The notes under the pieces are model-generated. The model searched no databases. It saw only the letters and a list, made by a program, of their open reading frames with translations, and was not told the origin of the DNA. From positions 310,001 through 374,000 of the forward strand of contig JAPEUD010000006.1 of the NCBI GenBank assembly GCA_026026165.1: a stretch of 64,000 nucleotides of DNA. Direction: 5' to 3'. The DNA comes from Sarea resinae. Lineage: Eukaryota. The position numbers and the translations under genes are program-made. This document shows positions 1 through 11,552 of the stretch, piece after piece. Every line of letters starts with the position of its first letter. The first letter of the stretch is position 1.

Positions 1-1228
1 GGCCTTCGTCCTGTAGGTGCCATGCCCTTGAGGTCAGGTCTCATTACACCATTGGGAGTCAACCTTCCAGTCTCGGAGCTCGGCATCTGCCTCGCCCCAC
101 TAGGATGCGAGAGTTCCTGAACAGATTCAGAGCTCTGCTTCTCAGGTGCTCTCCTGAATCTTGTCGGGCTGGGCGAAGATGCAAACCCCGGACGAGGAGC
201 TGGTTCAACGGTTCTCAGCTGTGACTGCGGGGAATCGGCGCGAGAAATTTGTATCGATTCCGGGGCTGGAAATCGTGGGGGCTGATCGCGGCTTCCAGGT
301 CTTGGGGAAAAACGCTCCTCAGATGCTTGTGGTCTCAAGTCTCGATGCGGACTCCTCGACTGTTGCACTCGCGGTGGTCGACTGGTTGAGATTGGCGGAG
401 CGCGTGGTCTCGGTGGATCAGGTGTTCCATTGGGTCTCGCAGCTTGTCCTGGTTGGCCTCCTAACGCTTCAAGCTCTCGAGGTCCGAACCCGATCAGCTG
501 TGGTAGTTTGCCCCCAGTATACTTCTTGTAAATCTTGACCAAGCTCGTGATAAAGAATTCGGCTTCTTTCGGAGTGCCTGCCTGCCAATAATAAGGTTTA
601 ATTATGGTAACGACGAATCCTAAGCTACCAGCCCATTGCTTGTGCCGCTCCTCTTCTGGATTCGTTGGCGTTACTCCCGCAAAGGTCTCTATGCAGGACA
701 AGTCTTCTAGGCCCCATGTCTTCCCAATCGAAAAGGAGCCATTCGCGTTCTCTCTTGCCTTATGCATACGCACTCGACCCGACTTCCTGACCGCCACGAT
801 GATCAGGCGTGGCTTCTTATTCTCAGGCGGAGAGTCAGGAGGGGCGGGCGTCGACGGGTAGCCAGCATCTTCGTGGATGCGGATGTGCGTGATATAAGAC
901 TCCAGAGCTAGCCAAACAACCAGTCAGCACCTGGATAACAGATTTTGTAGTTCCCATCTGCTCAATCATCTCTGAACGGTGGCTCCGCAACGGCGGTCTC
1001 CACCAGGGAAAGGGAGGGCGCAAAGCGAAGAGAGTACATACGCGAGCCATCCGTATCTTCCTTCGAGAAACAGCTTGCAATGATCCTCCGCTTCTCGTCC
1101 TCGAACCTCTCGGCCTTGTTCATGCCATTTGATCGACTTGATGCGCTCCGTTGATCATTGACCGGCCGTCCGCCCTCATGGGGTGGCATGCGCTGACGCG
1201 GAGGCGGAGGAATGTCGCCCCCGTTCAT
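1..1228 (-). CDS. SEC3: Exocyst component Sec3 (N-terminal part; gene runs off the window's left edge)
   Basis: Exon 1 1228-1042 (MNGGDIPPP...AERFEDEKRRIIASCFSK). Intron 1041-908 (GTATGT...CTAG). Exon 2 reads PLESYITHIRIHEDAGYPSTPAPPDSPPENKKPRLIIVAVRKSGRVRMHKARENANGSFSIGKTW...KPYYWQA...FITSLVKIYKKYTGGKLPQL, which matches the fungal Sec3 PIP2-binding PH-like domain. Confidence 0.9.
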
Positions 1229-1976
1229 ACTGCAGGCCTCCTGGTGCTCCGGTCAGGACATGAAGGGTGTCGAGATGTCAATTCTCTATGCCGAGGTGTC
1301 CCAGCTCCAAGCCGACATGAAACGATTGGTGGCCAAGGCAGCAGTCCGAAGCACTGAATTGACAGATGAGATGGAAAGGGCAGATCAACTGGTGATGTGT
1401 AGTCTAATCTGTCATGCGAGTTGGATCAAGGTGATGCACCATCGATGCTGCGGTCAACCGAGCTGCGGCTTTTCGACGTGATAGGAACTGACCCTCGAGA
1501 GTTAAGCAAAGGTTGCCAGCTAGAGCCCTTTGCTCTGAGCAGTACGCAGTGGTGTTGAGTGATTATGATCGAAGAAGGAGTGAGACCCGGGGGACTTGAG
1601 ACTATCATCATCCCGCATCTCGCAGCAGCAGTGCCGTGTCTACCTCGGAGTACCTACCTGATACCTTGGGTACCTTACCTGACGCAGCAAGGTCGGCAGG
1701 TCGAGGCGTGCCTGATCCAAGTACCCGATACAAGTTTCCGACCTTCCTTTACTTCCATCAGTACGCCCACAGCGCTAACCCGGAAGAAGAAGTTTTCCAC
1801 TCGGTCGCAGCCACAACTTCTTTTTTTTGAATTTCGAACTTTTTCGGTGTTTCTATCACTCTTGCGTCCCGCGACGATTCAACCACGTTCGTCGTCCCTC
1901 TCTAATACGCTCGCAAACAGTTCGATACAACCTCATCAGAGCTCTTTTTCCGCCGAGCTTACCTCCAACTATCAAC

Positions 1977-3440
1977 ATGGCCAAGAAGAAGAGCAACACC
2001 TCAGACACTCCGCTACCAGCGTGGCTGACGGATGGGAAGACCACCGAGGATAACAGCGAAAGACAACAGACAGTCGACTTCCTCAAGCAGGGGCTCGACA
2101 AGAGCACCACGAAGACCTCTCCTCCTGCACAGCTCCTGAACCTCATTGAAGCCTCTCTACGCGAATGGGGGTTCCAAAGCAGCTCTCGTCTCTTCGCTGC
2201 CGAGCGTGAAAGCCGCAGAGGGTTGAAAGCTTACAAGGACGCGTCCAAGGCGAAGCTCGATGCTGGACTCCCGGACCTTACGACCATCTACCAGGACTGG
2301 TATCAGGGGTGGCAAACGATCAATGGCGAGGCAGAGACCGCTCCGACAAAGACCAAAAAGAAGGGCAAGAAGGAAGAGGTGAAGGAAGACCAAAGCAGCT
2401 CAAGCGATACCACCAGCAGCGGCTCCAGTTCCGATAGCGACTCAGACGTTGAGATGAAAGAATTGGTCTCCAAGCCGAAGAAGAAGGCTTCCTCGAGCAC
2501 CTCACCCGTCACTTCTTCCTCAGGATCCGATAAATCCTCGACCACGAGCTCCGATAGTGATGCCGACGATGAGGATGAGGCTTCGGCGGCCAAGCCTAAA
2601 CCCAAAGCCAACACCTCACTGAAGCGCAAAGCCCCATCCCCAATCTCATCCACTTCATCGTCTGCTTCAGACTCAGACTCAGACTCAGACTCTAGCGCTT
2701 CGTCCTCCAAGTCCGATCCTACTTCTCGAAAAGCAAAGAAGACAAAGCCGAACACTTCCGGCGATTCTGACTCTACAAGCGATGGCTCATCTTCCTCTTC
2801 ATCATCAGATTCCGACTCTGACTCCGACTCGGATTCGGACTCAGACTCAGATTCAAGCTCCTCTGCAGCAGAGGCAAAACCTTCCAAATCTGGCAAGAAA
2901 CCCGCAGCCTCCTCTTCCTCTTCCAGTGACTCGTCCTCGGATTCGGAGTCGGAGTCGGACTCAGACTCAGATTCTGAATCTGCAACCACCAAGAAGCCCA
3001 CTAAAACTAAGAAGCCACGTCAAGACTCGGCCTCCTCAAGTGAAACGCTCCAGGCCGCTTCGACCTCCCCTCAACCCACCAGCACGACCACGACAGTAAT
3101 CACCACTACGACGACTCCAGCCTCTAACAAACGCAAGCTCTCCTCAATCTCGGCCTCGGGTACACCCGCCTCCACCGGCACCTCTACGCCTGACACCTCA
3201 AACAAACTCGCCAAGAAGCAAAACGTACCGTTCAGCCGAATCCCGACGGACATCGTCATCGACGAGCGTCTCAAATCCAACGCCTTCGTGCCGTACGACT
3301 ACGCCGAGCGCGCCCATCAGGACCTGATAGTTACGCGCGGCAAGGGCTTCACGAAGGAGAAGAATAAGAAGAAGAGGGGTAGCTATCGGGGCGGTGCAAT
3401 TGACATTGGTGGGAGGAATGGTATCAAGTTTGATGATTGA
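1977..3440 (+). CDS. SRP40: Srp40/Nopp140-like nucleolar phosphoprotein
   Basis: ATG at 1977 (MAKKKS). LisH-like segment (LLNLIEASLREWGFQSSSRLFAAE), alternating Ser/Asp and Lys-rich tracts, and the C-terminal SRP40_C motif PFSRIP...AERAHQDLIVTRGKGFTKEKNKKKRGSYRGGAID...IKFDD. Confidence 0.9.
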   Translation: MAKKKSNTSDTPLPAWLTDGKTTEDNSERQQTVDFLKQGLDKSTTKTSPPAQLLNLIEASLREWGFQSSSRLFAAERESRRGLKAYKDASKAKLDAGLPDLTTIYQDWYQGWQTINGEAETAPTKTKKKGKKEEVKEDQSSSSDTTSSGSSSDSDSDVEMKELVSKPKKKASSSTSPVTSSSGSDKSSTTSSDSDADDEDEASAAKPKPKANTSLKRKAPSPISSTSSSASDSDSDSDSSASSSKSDPTSRKAKKTKPNTSGDSDSTSDGSSSSSSSDSDSDSDSDSDSDSDSSSSAAEAKPSKSGKKPAASSSSSSDSSSDSESESDSDSDSESATTKKPTKTKKPRQDSASSSETLQAASTSPQPTSTTTTVITTTTTPASNKRKLSSISASGTPASTGTSTPDTSNKLAKKQNVPFSRIPTDIVIDERLKSNAFVPYDYAERAHQDLIVTRGKGFTKEKNKKKRGSYRGGAIDIGGRNGIKFDD

Positions 3441-4192
3441 AGAATTTCTAGCGCAGCCAAAAAAGGACGCGGGGTTTTGTGCGGGGGAGGTAAGACAGTG
3501 ATGGGGCAGACTCGTCGCCAGGAAGGGAGGCTGAGCGAGCGAATGGCGCAAATTCATACAAGCGTGTAGCGGCCTTTCTTTTCATTTCATTCTATGTTCT
3601 CTCTTCCTATCATTCCTATCTAATCTCTTCCTCAAATCAGCACGCTCCCTTGCCAACACATCTTCTTCCTTCCAACAAGGCTGGCCGCTTATTTGGCTTT
3701 AGATTAGACCAGACACAATACAACAATTCAGAAGCTCTATATCCGCCAACTTTGTGACTTCTTCTTGCAGGTAGTAGGGAACACTTTCCTGAAAAGGTAA
3801 TCAGGAGGGGTTTCAGGGCAGGCAACGATAGACGGACAGGCCGAGTGGTGTGCTAGTATTTTCGTTTCAAGACGGAGAAGAGAGCCGATCTCAGTCTAAT
3901 CTACCGGGTCTGTGACTGTGATAGAAACAGGGTCCATTTTAAATCGGTATTTCTGTTCGTTCTGTTGGTAGATTCTTCTATACTTTATATCTCTTTCTAT
4001 GTGATATGTGCCCTTTTTCTTCGTGACGACAGTCGTATATCGTGAGACTTTACCTCATTGCCATGCTCAGTGGGTCATTTTATTCTTCCCTGTCCTTCTT
4101 TCCCCCTTTTCACTTTCATTCGCTCTAATTGAAACATCACTGGTCGAACACATGAAAATCCTGAAATCTATGCAGCTTTCGTATCTGCCTGG

Positions 4193-4736
4193 CTACGCAG
4201 CCCATCTCTCATCCAGCCCCTCAACGCCCGGCCCCCTATCCGGGCCCACATCGCCCACCCCGACCTGCTTCCACACCACACTAGGATAATCGCCCTCCCC
4301 GTGCACCTGCTCATACATAGCCAACTGCCTGACATCGCGATAGGGATCCCACTTCTCCCTCCGCCTGAGGTTCGCGCGCTGGACCGTTTCGCGAGGCCGG
4401 ATGTCTGGCGAGGTGAGGGGTTCCGGCGAGGGCGAGGGCCCGTACTTGAAGATCGGGTCCGGGTTGGCATCCATGATCGATGCGAGCGTGAGCTCGACGA
4501 GCGTGTTTTCGATCCCCGCGTACAGGGTGGGCGAGCATGCCGAGGGCGATGAGAGAGAGTAGACGGGCGATGTTGTCGGGTTGTAGAGCCGGAACGCGTT
4601 GTGCGGTTCTTTGCGATAGGGATCTAGGGCGCGCGTTTGAGGTGGCGCGAGAAAGATATTGAAGTCTGGTCGGGACATGGGGTTGGGATTGCGGCTTTGA
4701 GAAGGAGGAGGGGCGGTTTTAGTTGTTGTTGCGGAC

Positions 4737-4768
<32 letters not shown>

Positions 4769-6216
4769 ATGGCGTGCGGAGGAGGCCGGATCAGAAGATG
4801 GCGGCTTGGGGGAGACATCAGCGGTGAAGTAGGCACGGCCGCCGGACATCCGTAGGTCGAAGACTTTGATAAGAGCGTGGCGGGCGGCACCGGCAATGAT
4901 GCGTTCGCGGGCGAGGGGTTGGAGCGAGTATATGGCTTCGGTGTCGATAGGGTCGTGATAGGACGATACGCAGTCGAGAGGAGAGCGCATGTCATGAAGG
5001 CTGATGCCGTCGTTAGAAGTAAACTCGGACTATGACAGCATTATCAGTTATCGCAAACTTACCGGACAATACCATCGTAGCCACCACTTAGAAATAAGTC
5101 TCCAGTATCACCACCCCCGAGCGATGAAGCTTGAAGGGGAGCTATGGGGTAGACAGACAATGAGCCGTTTGGCATACAGTCTGATCCGATGCCGTCACCT
5201 GCAGTTGCAAATGTTCGAATCGGCTGCGATCTGAGACCTTCTGCTGCGCACTGGTACACATGGATCGGCTCGACCGAAGGCCCTAGTCCGACAGCTAGAC
5301 GGTCCCCAGAAAGAAAACGCGAAGACCACGTACGTCCCTTTCCGTCTGCGGAGATAGCGTTGATTTCGGAGATAGGGTCGACGGTCGAGGAGGAGCTGTG
5401 AAGAGGGTATAGAGAGATGGCTGCATCTGATAGACAATTGGCTAAAAGGGGTTGAGACGAGGGGCTGACATCCGTGCTGCGGACAGGTCTGCCATTGGTT
5501 TCATATCTCGTCTTCCAGGAATTCTGTGCTTTGTCGTGAGATATTGACAGCAGTGAGAGCTCTCCACTGGCTCTTCCAACAACCATCTCTTCACATTGTG
5601 CGGATCCAGCGTTGTACTCTCGCTGATGAGGGCGAATGATATCAAGGGTCGTGATGTCGTCTCGACCGTCAGCATATTGTTTCTCTTTATACACCATCCA
5701 GTCCAACCTGTGATGATGTTGATTAAATCGATTTCTCCTCTGGTCCTCGTCAACCGTGTCTTCCCACATTCGGTGTGATGCCTCCCCGGTCAACTTCACA
5801 CGAACCACCAACTCTGCTCCAGCTCCCCACGCTAGCACTTCCTTTCTTGCAGCCCACTCGTTGCCAGAAGGCTCTTCATAACTATCAATCACGGGCTGAT
5901 ATCCCATTGTCTGTCTCACCGCCCTTCGAGGTCGCCGGGCTCGCTCTTCGTTCCAGTTCGGCGGACGAAGTTCCCGCGCTATGAATGCCCTTCGATCCCA
6001 ATTCCTCGATAGGCTCGTCAGACCGTGTGCGGCATCTCTCCAGTATGGAGGAGCGGATATCGAAGGAAATCGGGATTGAACAAACGTCCTCCATCCTTCT
6101 TTCTCGACGTATTCATGAAGGCGACGAGAGGTGAGAGACAGGTGCGAGACGCAACTTGCATTAGGAAGATACGAGGTGATGTTTGCAAGGACCTCGAAGG
6201 GGAGATCAGAGAGCAT
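4193..6216 (-). CDS. F-box protein with degenerate WD40-like beta-propeller
   Basis: N-terminal F-box (MLSDLPFEVLANITSYLP...LSLTSRRLH...W). Exon 1 6216-5063, intron 5062-5001 (GTAAGT...CTAAC...CAG), exon 2 5000-4193. The junction reads LSGGYDGIVR-LHDMRSP, a WD-repeat end. A second one (LIKVFDLRM) and a poly-Q tract follow. Confidence 0.8.
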
Positions 6217-6899
6217 GGCGATCTGTCTTATAGTATTACATACATGCCAGCCAAGAAGTAAGAGTTATTCAATGCTGCTGTCTAGGGTATACTGCATTTT
6301 GAAGAGAGTACGAGTGCCGCCATGACTGACGTTGACGGGTCCGGAACCCTGACCCCATCGCTTAGGCAGCAGGTTGCTGCATTTGCATACACCTCTGCAA
6401 ACGACTTCTCTGTTGGGAGGATATTTGCAATGACCTCTGATATGACTCGTTCGTATAATCGACCTTCTCGACAGAAGAGCCATCTTGACTGCTTTCGATA
6501 ATTAGATGCTTCCAGGTTCTCTTCGTTTTGCTGGTCCATGACCCGGTGAGGTCAACCTTGCCATCCATGGACCATCATGAGTCTACAATTGATGCTTCAA
6601 GTCTGCCGCCTATCTTGTGTACTGAAAGGGATCAGACCCGGGGCATTGATGCGAATTTGATTATTATCTGCGAATGACCTGGTCTTGTGGAATGATTTGG
6701 CAGTTCCATCTTGGGAGATGCTGGCGAGGCCGGCATTCACCACTGTTCTAGATCCGCCTATGCAGGCACCGCCCCATTCAGCCTTGGCAGATTCCCTCGA
6801 GGATCAAGCCTCTTACTCTGTCCTCCCACATTCTTGAGAATTTCCTACTTGATCTTCTCGCTCGAATCTACTGATTAGGGGGAACATTTCATCTCAGGT

Positions 6900-9800
6900 A
6901 TGGCTGATCCGCTGAGTCTTCTTGGAACACTCATTGCAGTATGTCAAGTCACACCAGTCATTGTTCAATACCTCCGAGATATCAAACATGTCTCGTCGGA
7001 GAGCAAGAAGCTTCTGTTGGAGATCAAGAGCGCCAGTGGTGTCATTCGAATCTTAAGAGACATAGAAGAAGAAGCCGGCCCGGAGGATAGATGGGCGGCT
7101 CCAGTACAAACCTTAAAAGGCTCTGTCGAAGAGTATCAACTTCTTCTGAAGCGGGTTGAATCCAAATTGGCACTGACGGCAAGGGGGCCCAAAAAGATTG
7201 GAAAAGCGGTGGTGTGGCCATTCCAGAAGAAAGAAATCGGTGAAATACTCGGGGCTATGGAACGTTACAAAACGACCTTCCTCTCGTCGTTGCAGCATGT
7301 TCAGATTGAGCTCTCGAAAGACATCACCGAGAACATGATGAGTATCAAGCAGGATTCTCATCAGACCCGTAAAGCTGTCGCGACGTTAATCGACAACAAC
7401 AATGACCGGGTGTTTAAGGATCTCATGTTCTGGCTATCGCCCTTAAATTTTCAGATTAAGCAAAGGGACATATACAGTAAACATCACGAGGGCACCGACC
7501 GTTGGATATTCCAAGAGACATTGTTTCAAGAGTGGGAAAAAGGATCCGAAAGAGTACTTTGGTGTCCGGGAATTTTAGGAGCTGGTAAAACAGTGATGGC
7601 ATCCGTCATTGTCAATTATCTGACTACCAAATATCAATCCGACAAAGTTGGAATCGCTTGTATTTATTGCAATCACAAGGAGAGGGACGAGCAAACGGCC
7701 GAAAACCTCATCGCAAGCGTATCAAAGCAGCTCATCGAGAGACAGCCGGCACTCTTTCATCTGGTCTCTAAATTACACGAGTCCTATCGAGATTTACGGG
7801 CTCCCGCAACTCTCGTTGATCTTACGAGACTATTACAGGCTGTCTTGTCCAACTTCCCAACGATATATATCCTGGTTGACGCTCCAGACGAGTGTTCGGG
7901 AGAGGCCAGAGACATACTTATGACCACGTTGCGAAGGGTTTCCATGCCATCCACCCGTATCTTGATCACATCACGGCCGAACAATCACGCGATCGCTGCA
8001 GGATTTCCTGACGCACCCCGGCTGGAGATTGAAGCCAATTTATTCGACATTGAAGACTATATTGGCTCTCGGATCGTGCAGGAATCACGTTTAGCTGCAT
8101 ATGTGAAGGTGGATCGATTTCTTCACAAAAATATTGTGGACTCTGTCAAAACCAGGTCTCAAGCAATGTTTCTCCTTGCTCGCCTTCACATGGATGCTCT
8201 CGCCAGGTGCAAGTCTTTGAGTGCTCTGAAGGCTTGTTTGAGGGGCTTATCGCAGGAGCTAGATGATGTATACGAGGAAGCTATGGGTCGAATCAGAAAC
8301 CAGAACAAAGAGGATGCCAAACTAGGTGAAATGGTGCTATCATGGATAGCGTATGCCACAAGGCCCCTATCAATACGCGAGCTTCAACACGCTCTCGCGA
8401 CTGATTCTGACGAGGCAGGAGATGACTTCGACGAAGAAGCGCTACTTGGACAAGATGATATTGTCTCCTCATGCGTTGGTCTAGTAAGCGTGGATCCGGA
8501 GAGCACGCTCGTTCGATTGATGCACTACTCTACTCAAGAATACTTTGAACGCAACCGACAGACTCATTTTCCAGATGCGCAAGAATACATCACTACGACC
8601 TGCCTCAAGTATCTCTCCTTCCGAAGGTTTTCTGATCCTTGCCATAACTTTAGAGATTTCGATTCTCGACTGTGCCATAATCCGTTTTTGAGCTATGCCG
8701 CCCAGAATTGGGGCCATCATGCGCGTGGTCGACCAGAAAACACACTTCTCAATCCCATTGTGTCCTTCCTGGGCAAAGATTCCAATCTCTCTTGCGCGTG
8801 CCAGGTGGCGGAAGATTTTAATCGCATGCATGATTGGGATCAGTATTCTTCGGTTCGTTCAGGCTTGATAGTCGCAGCTTCTTTTGGCCTGGGTGTCGTG
8901 ATCTCAGCACTCCTCGACCAAGATTGGGATATCAATACGCATCAGAAGAACGGAGGGACTGCACTATACGTTGCAGCCGAGTTAGGTCATCACGCAATAG
9001 TGCGATTGCTCCTGGATCGAGGAGCGAGCGCTAGGCTTTTAGATAGATGGGCTGCTAGCCCTCTCCATGCTGCGACCCGCGCAAATCATCCTTCGATTGT
9101 ACAGATGTTATTGCGTCATGATGGCCAGCTTCTTGAGCTTCAAGACCGAACGGGTAGGACAGCATTGCAAGTGGCTGTTCTAAGAGGTCATGTTGACATT
9201 GTCAAACTTCTGATAGGTTCTCAGCTATCTTCCATGAATATCAGAGACAGCAATCAGAGTCTACTGCACTCCATAGCTGAAAGAAGCTATCTGGCCGATG
9301 CAGAATTGCCTTCGGATAGTGGGGCCAATGTCATGCTACAGGATATGTATGGTAATACTCCACTTCATACTGCGGCCCAGAGAGATGATGTCTCAATAAT
9401 GAGGTTGCTGTTGCTGGCAAACGAAGAGCTGCTTTCGGTCAGGAATAAACGCGGCAGAACAGCTCTGCATCGTGCTTCACAATATGGTTGTGCAGAAGCC
9501 GCGAAACTTTTGCTTGAGTCTCAACCATCGCTCGTCAATATTCAGGACAACGACGGGAAAAGTGCTATCCATCACGCAGCCGAGGGTGGCCATGTGGAAG
9601 TTGTGCAGCTGCTTATGGACAGCGGAGCTGATCTCATGCTGCGCGATGGGCATGGCAGCACTTCACTTCATGCCGCGGCTTACTCGAACAAGCCGTCTGT
9701 CATTAATCTCTTATTGGAACACAAGGCCGAGCTTCTCCGCGATCTAAGGAACTCGAATGGCAAGACGGCACTCCATATCGCTTCGGAAGGACGCCATAGA

Positions 9801-9938
9801 TACGCCGCCAAGCTCCTGATCGATCACGGTGCTGCAGTCTCCTTAGTAGACTCTTGCGATAAAAGCCCACTCGATTTCGCCCGATCGGTAGGGTCCAAAA
9901 CCATTACTTCTCTGCTGCTTGCAGCTGGGGCAGAATAG
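6900..9938 (+). CDS. Fungal NLR-like STAND protein: HeLo-like N-terminal domain + NACHT NTPase + winged helix + about 10-11 ankyrin repeats
   Basis: Single 1012-aa ORF. MADPLS...VWPF..KE HeLo-like N-terminus, Walker A GILGAGKT, Walker B ILVDAPDEC, ILITSR, MFLLARLHMD, VLSWIAYATRPLSIRELQHAL, and repeated G.TALH.AA..G....V.LLL ankyrin motifs. Confidence 0.92.
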   Translation: MADPLSLLGTLIAVCQVTPVIVQYLRDIKHVSSESKKLLLEIKSASGVIRILRDIEEEAGPEDRWAAPVQTLKGSVEEYQLLLKRVESKLALTARGPKKIGKAVVWPFQKKEIGEILGAMERYKTTFLSSLQHVQIELSKDITENMMSIKQDSHQTRKAVATLIDNNNDRVFKDLMFWLSPLNFQIKQRDIYSKHHEGTDRWIFQETLFQEWEKGSERVLWCPGILGAGKTVMASVIVNYLTTKYQSDKVGIACIYCNHKERDEQTAENLIASVSKQLIERQPALFHLVSKLHESYRDLRAPATLVDLTRLLQAVLSNFPTIYILVDAPDECSGEARDILMTTLRRVSMPSTRILITSRPNNHAIAAGFPDAPRLEIEANLFDIEDYIGSRIVQESRLAAYVKVDRFLHKNIVDSVKTRSQAMFLLARLHMDALARCKSLSALKACLRGLSQELDDVYEEAMGRIRNQNKEDAKLGEMVLSWIAYATRPLSIRELQHALATDSDEAGDDFDEEALLGQDDIVSSCVGLVSVDPESTLVRLMHYSTQEYFERNRQTHFPDAQEYITTTCLKYLSFRRFSDPCHNFRDFDSRLCHNPFLSYAAQNWGHHARGRPENTLLNPIVSFLGKDSNLSCACQVAEDFNRMHDWDQYSSVRSGLIVAASFGLGVVISALLDQDWDINTHQKNGGTALYVAAELGHHAIVRLLLDRGASARLLDRWAASPLHAATRANHPSIVQMLLRHDGQLLELQDRTGRTALQVAVLRGHVDIVKLLIGSQLSSMNIRDSNQSLLHSIAERSYLADAELPSDSGANVMLQDMYGNTPLHTAAQRDDVSIMRLLLLANEELLSVRNKRGRTALHRASQYGCAEAAKLLLESQPSLVNIQDNDGKSAIHHAAEGGHVEVVQLLMDSGADLMLRDGHGSTSLHAAAYSNKPSVINLLLEHKAELLRDLRNSNGKTALHIASEGRHRYAAKLLIDHGAAVSLVDSCDKSPLDFARSVGSKTITSLLLAAGAE

Positions 9939-10196
9939 TAGAAGGATACAGCAAGGACTGTATATTGTTGCGTCGAGAGCTACATACTATCTCGGGAAAA
10001 AACACCAGAAGCACAAGATGGCAAAAAGCTCAGACCGTCCTCACGAATGGTCCTACGAAAAGTGTGCGATCTATCTAATTGGATCTCTCCAGTATGCGTG
10101 TGCTGTTGCACTGTTGTTGCATTATCATCAATATCGCGGTACTGTAGAGCCTAGCTCTCAATTCCAATAGTCATTTTTGTTTAAATCGTTGGCTGA

Positions 10197-11250
10197 ATAT
10201 ATATATATATATATATATGCATATATCTCGATCACCAGGTCGTGCAAATATAGACTTATCTATTTATCTGTTATATCAAATTCCCTTCCGTCTGGCAGTG
10301 AAAAACGTGAATGAGAATTGAAGCTTTAATCGTCGTTTGATTTGTCACCGAGACTGAGAGGCCGACTTCTCGACATCTACCCCCTTCCGTCGTCACCTCT
10401 CCCCCCTTCTCTCCGCTCTCCACTCCGCTCTCCCGCTCTCCCGCGTGACAAACAAATACAAACAAACAAACAAAATGAGTGACTGAATGAGTGACTGAGT
10501 GAGTGACTCAGAAGCCAGGGCCTTTATTATCTTTTCGATAATAGCGCGACTGATAGATAGATTGATTGATTGATTGATTGACTGCATGATTGGCCTGATA
10601 TATTGGATCGGATGAGACCGGACAGATAACGGGCCGATTGGTCATTTACAAGTCAGAGTAACAGACGTCTAGACAGACAGACAAACAGACAGACGGGATC
10701 TACAACCCCAACCCCTAAACCTCTTTCTCCACAGACAGACAGACAGACAGATGGATGGACAGATGGACCTGCTCCTTGCTCCTTGCTCCTGCTCTTTGCT
10801 CGTGCTCCCTACTCTCCTGTTCTTCTCTCCTTCCTGTTTTGTGTCGGTTCTCCGAAGCAAAATACACCAATTGGAGAGGGGGAGGGGGGTACAAAGGGCA
10901 AAGGGCAAAGGGCAAAGTAGAAACACAAATCACAAATCACAAATCTACATACACACACCAAAATCGAGAGAGATATTGGACGGGACGGGACGGGACGAGA
11001 CGGGATGGGACGGGAGCTTTACATTACATTTGTGCAGTGCAGTGCATCAGGGCCAAAGCAAGGAAAGAACAAAAAAGGGGGGGGGGGAAAGTCTTTAAGC
11101 CCGGTTCGTTCAAGAGCAACTAACTACGAGAAAAACAAAAAAAAAACAAAAATGAAAAGAGGAAAAAAAAACTCCCGCTGCAGCTAAAGTGGCTAGGCTA
11201 GACTGACTTCGGGGCTCTCGAGAGAGTGAGAAAGTGAGAGAGAGAGGGCT
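10197..11250. repeat. Mosaic of microsatellites between the convergent 3' ends of the NLR and epsin genes
   Basis: (TA)n ~10197-10227, (CAAA)n ~10449-10474, (GAGT/GACT)n ~10477-10510, (GATT)n ~10560-10580, (AGAC)n ~10671-10750, (GGGCAAA)3 ~10896-10917, (GGGAC)n ~10978-11015, and poly-G and poly-A runs ~11070-11170. Confidence 0.85.
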
Positions 11251-11552
11251 GCATGGAGGAGGGGTTGATGGTATCAATCAATATAAAGCTCCCCCCCGCC
11301 TTAGCCCCAAGCGAAACAGCACACCCCATCCGAAGTCCGACTTTCTTCATCCGTTCCCGCGAATCCCTCCCTCCTCTGGTTCTCGGCCTCTCGCTCTGGC
11401 TCCGCTCCACTCCACTTCACCTCCATCTGAGACGAGTTGATCCCTCAATCCGTCAACTTATTCATCCATTGGTGCCATGTTCCCAGCACTTTTCTCTTCC
11501 CATCTCTCAACCCCTCCTATATCGTCTCGTCACCGCTCTCGTCCCATCATAT

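Noticed and set aside
1827..1976. Arg-rich in-frame N-terminal extension of SRP40 from a TTG
   Set aside because: No AUG, a short open stretch is unremarkable, and the ATG at 1977 has good context.
2303..3001. 232-aa antisense ORF rich in ES repeats
   Set aside because: Mirror of the Ser/Asp repeats of SRP40 on the opposite strand.
6265..6570. Short minus-strand ORFs beside the NLR as a possible amyloid-signalling partner
   Set aside because: No HET-s, sigma or PP-like motif or effector domain is visible, and the NLR already has its own HeLo-like domain.
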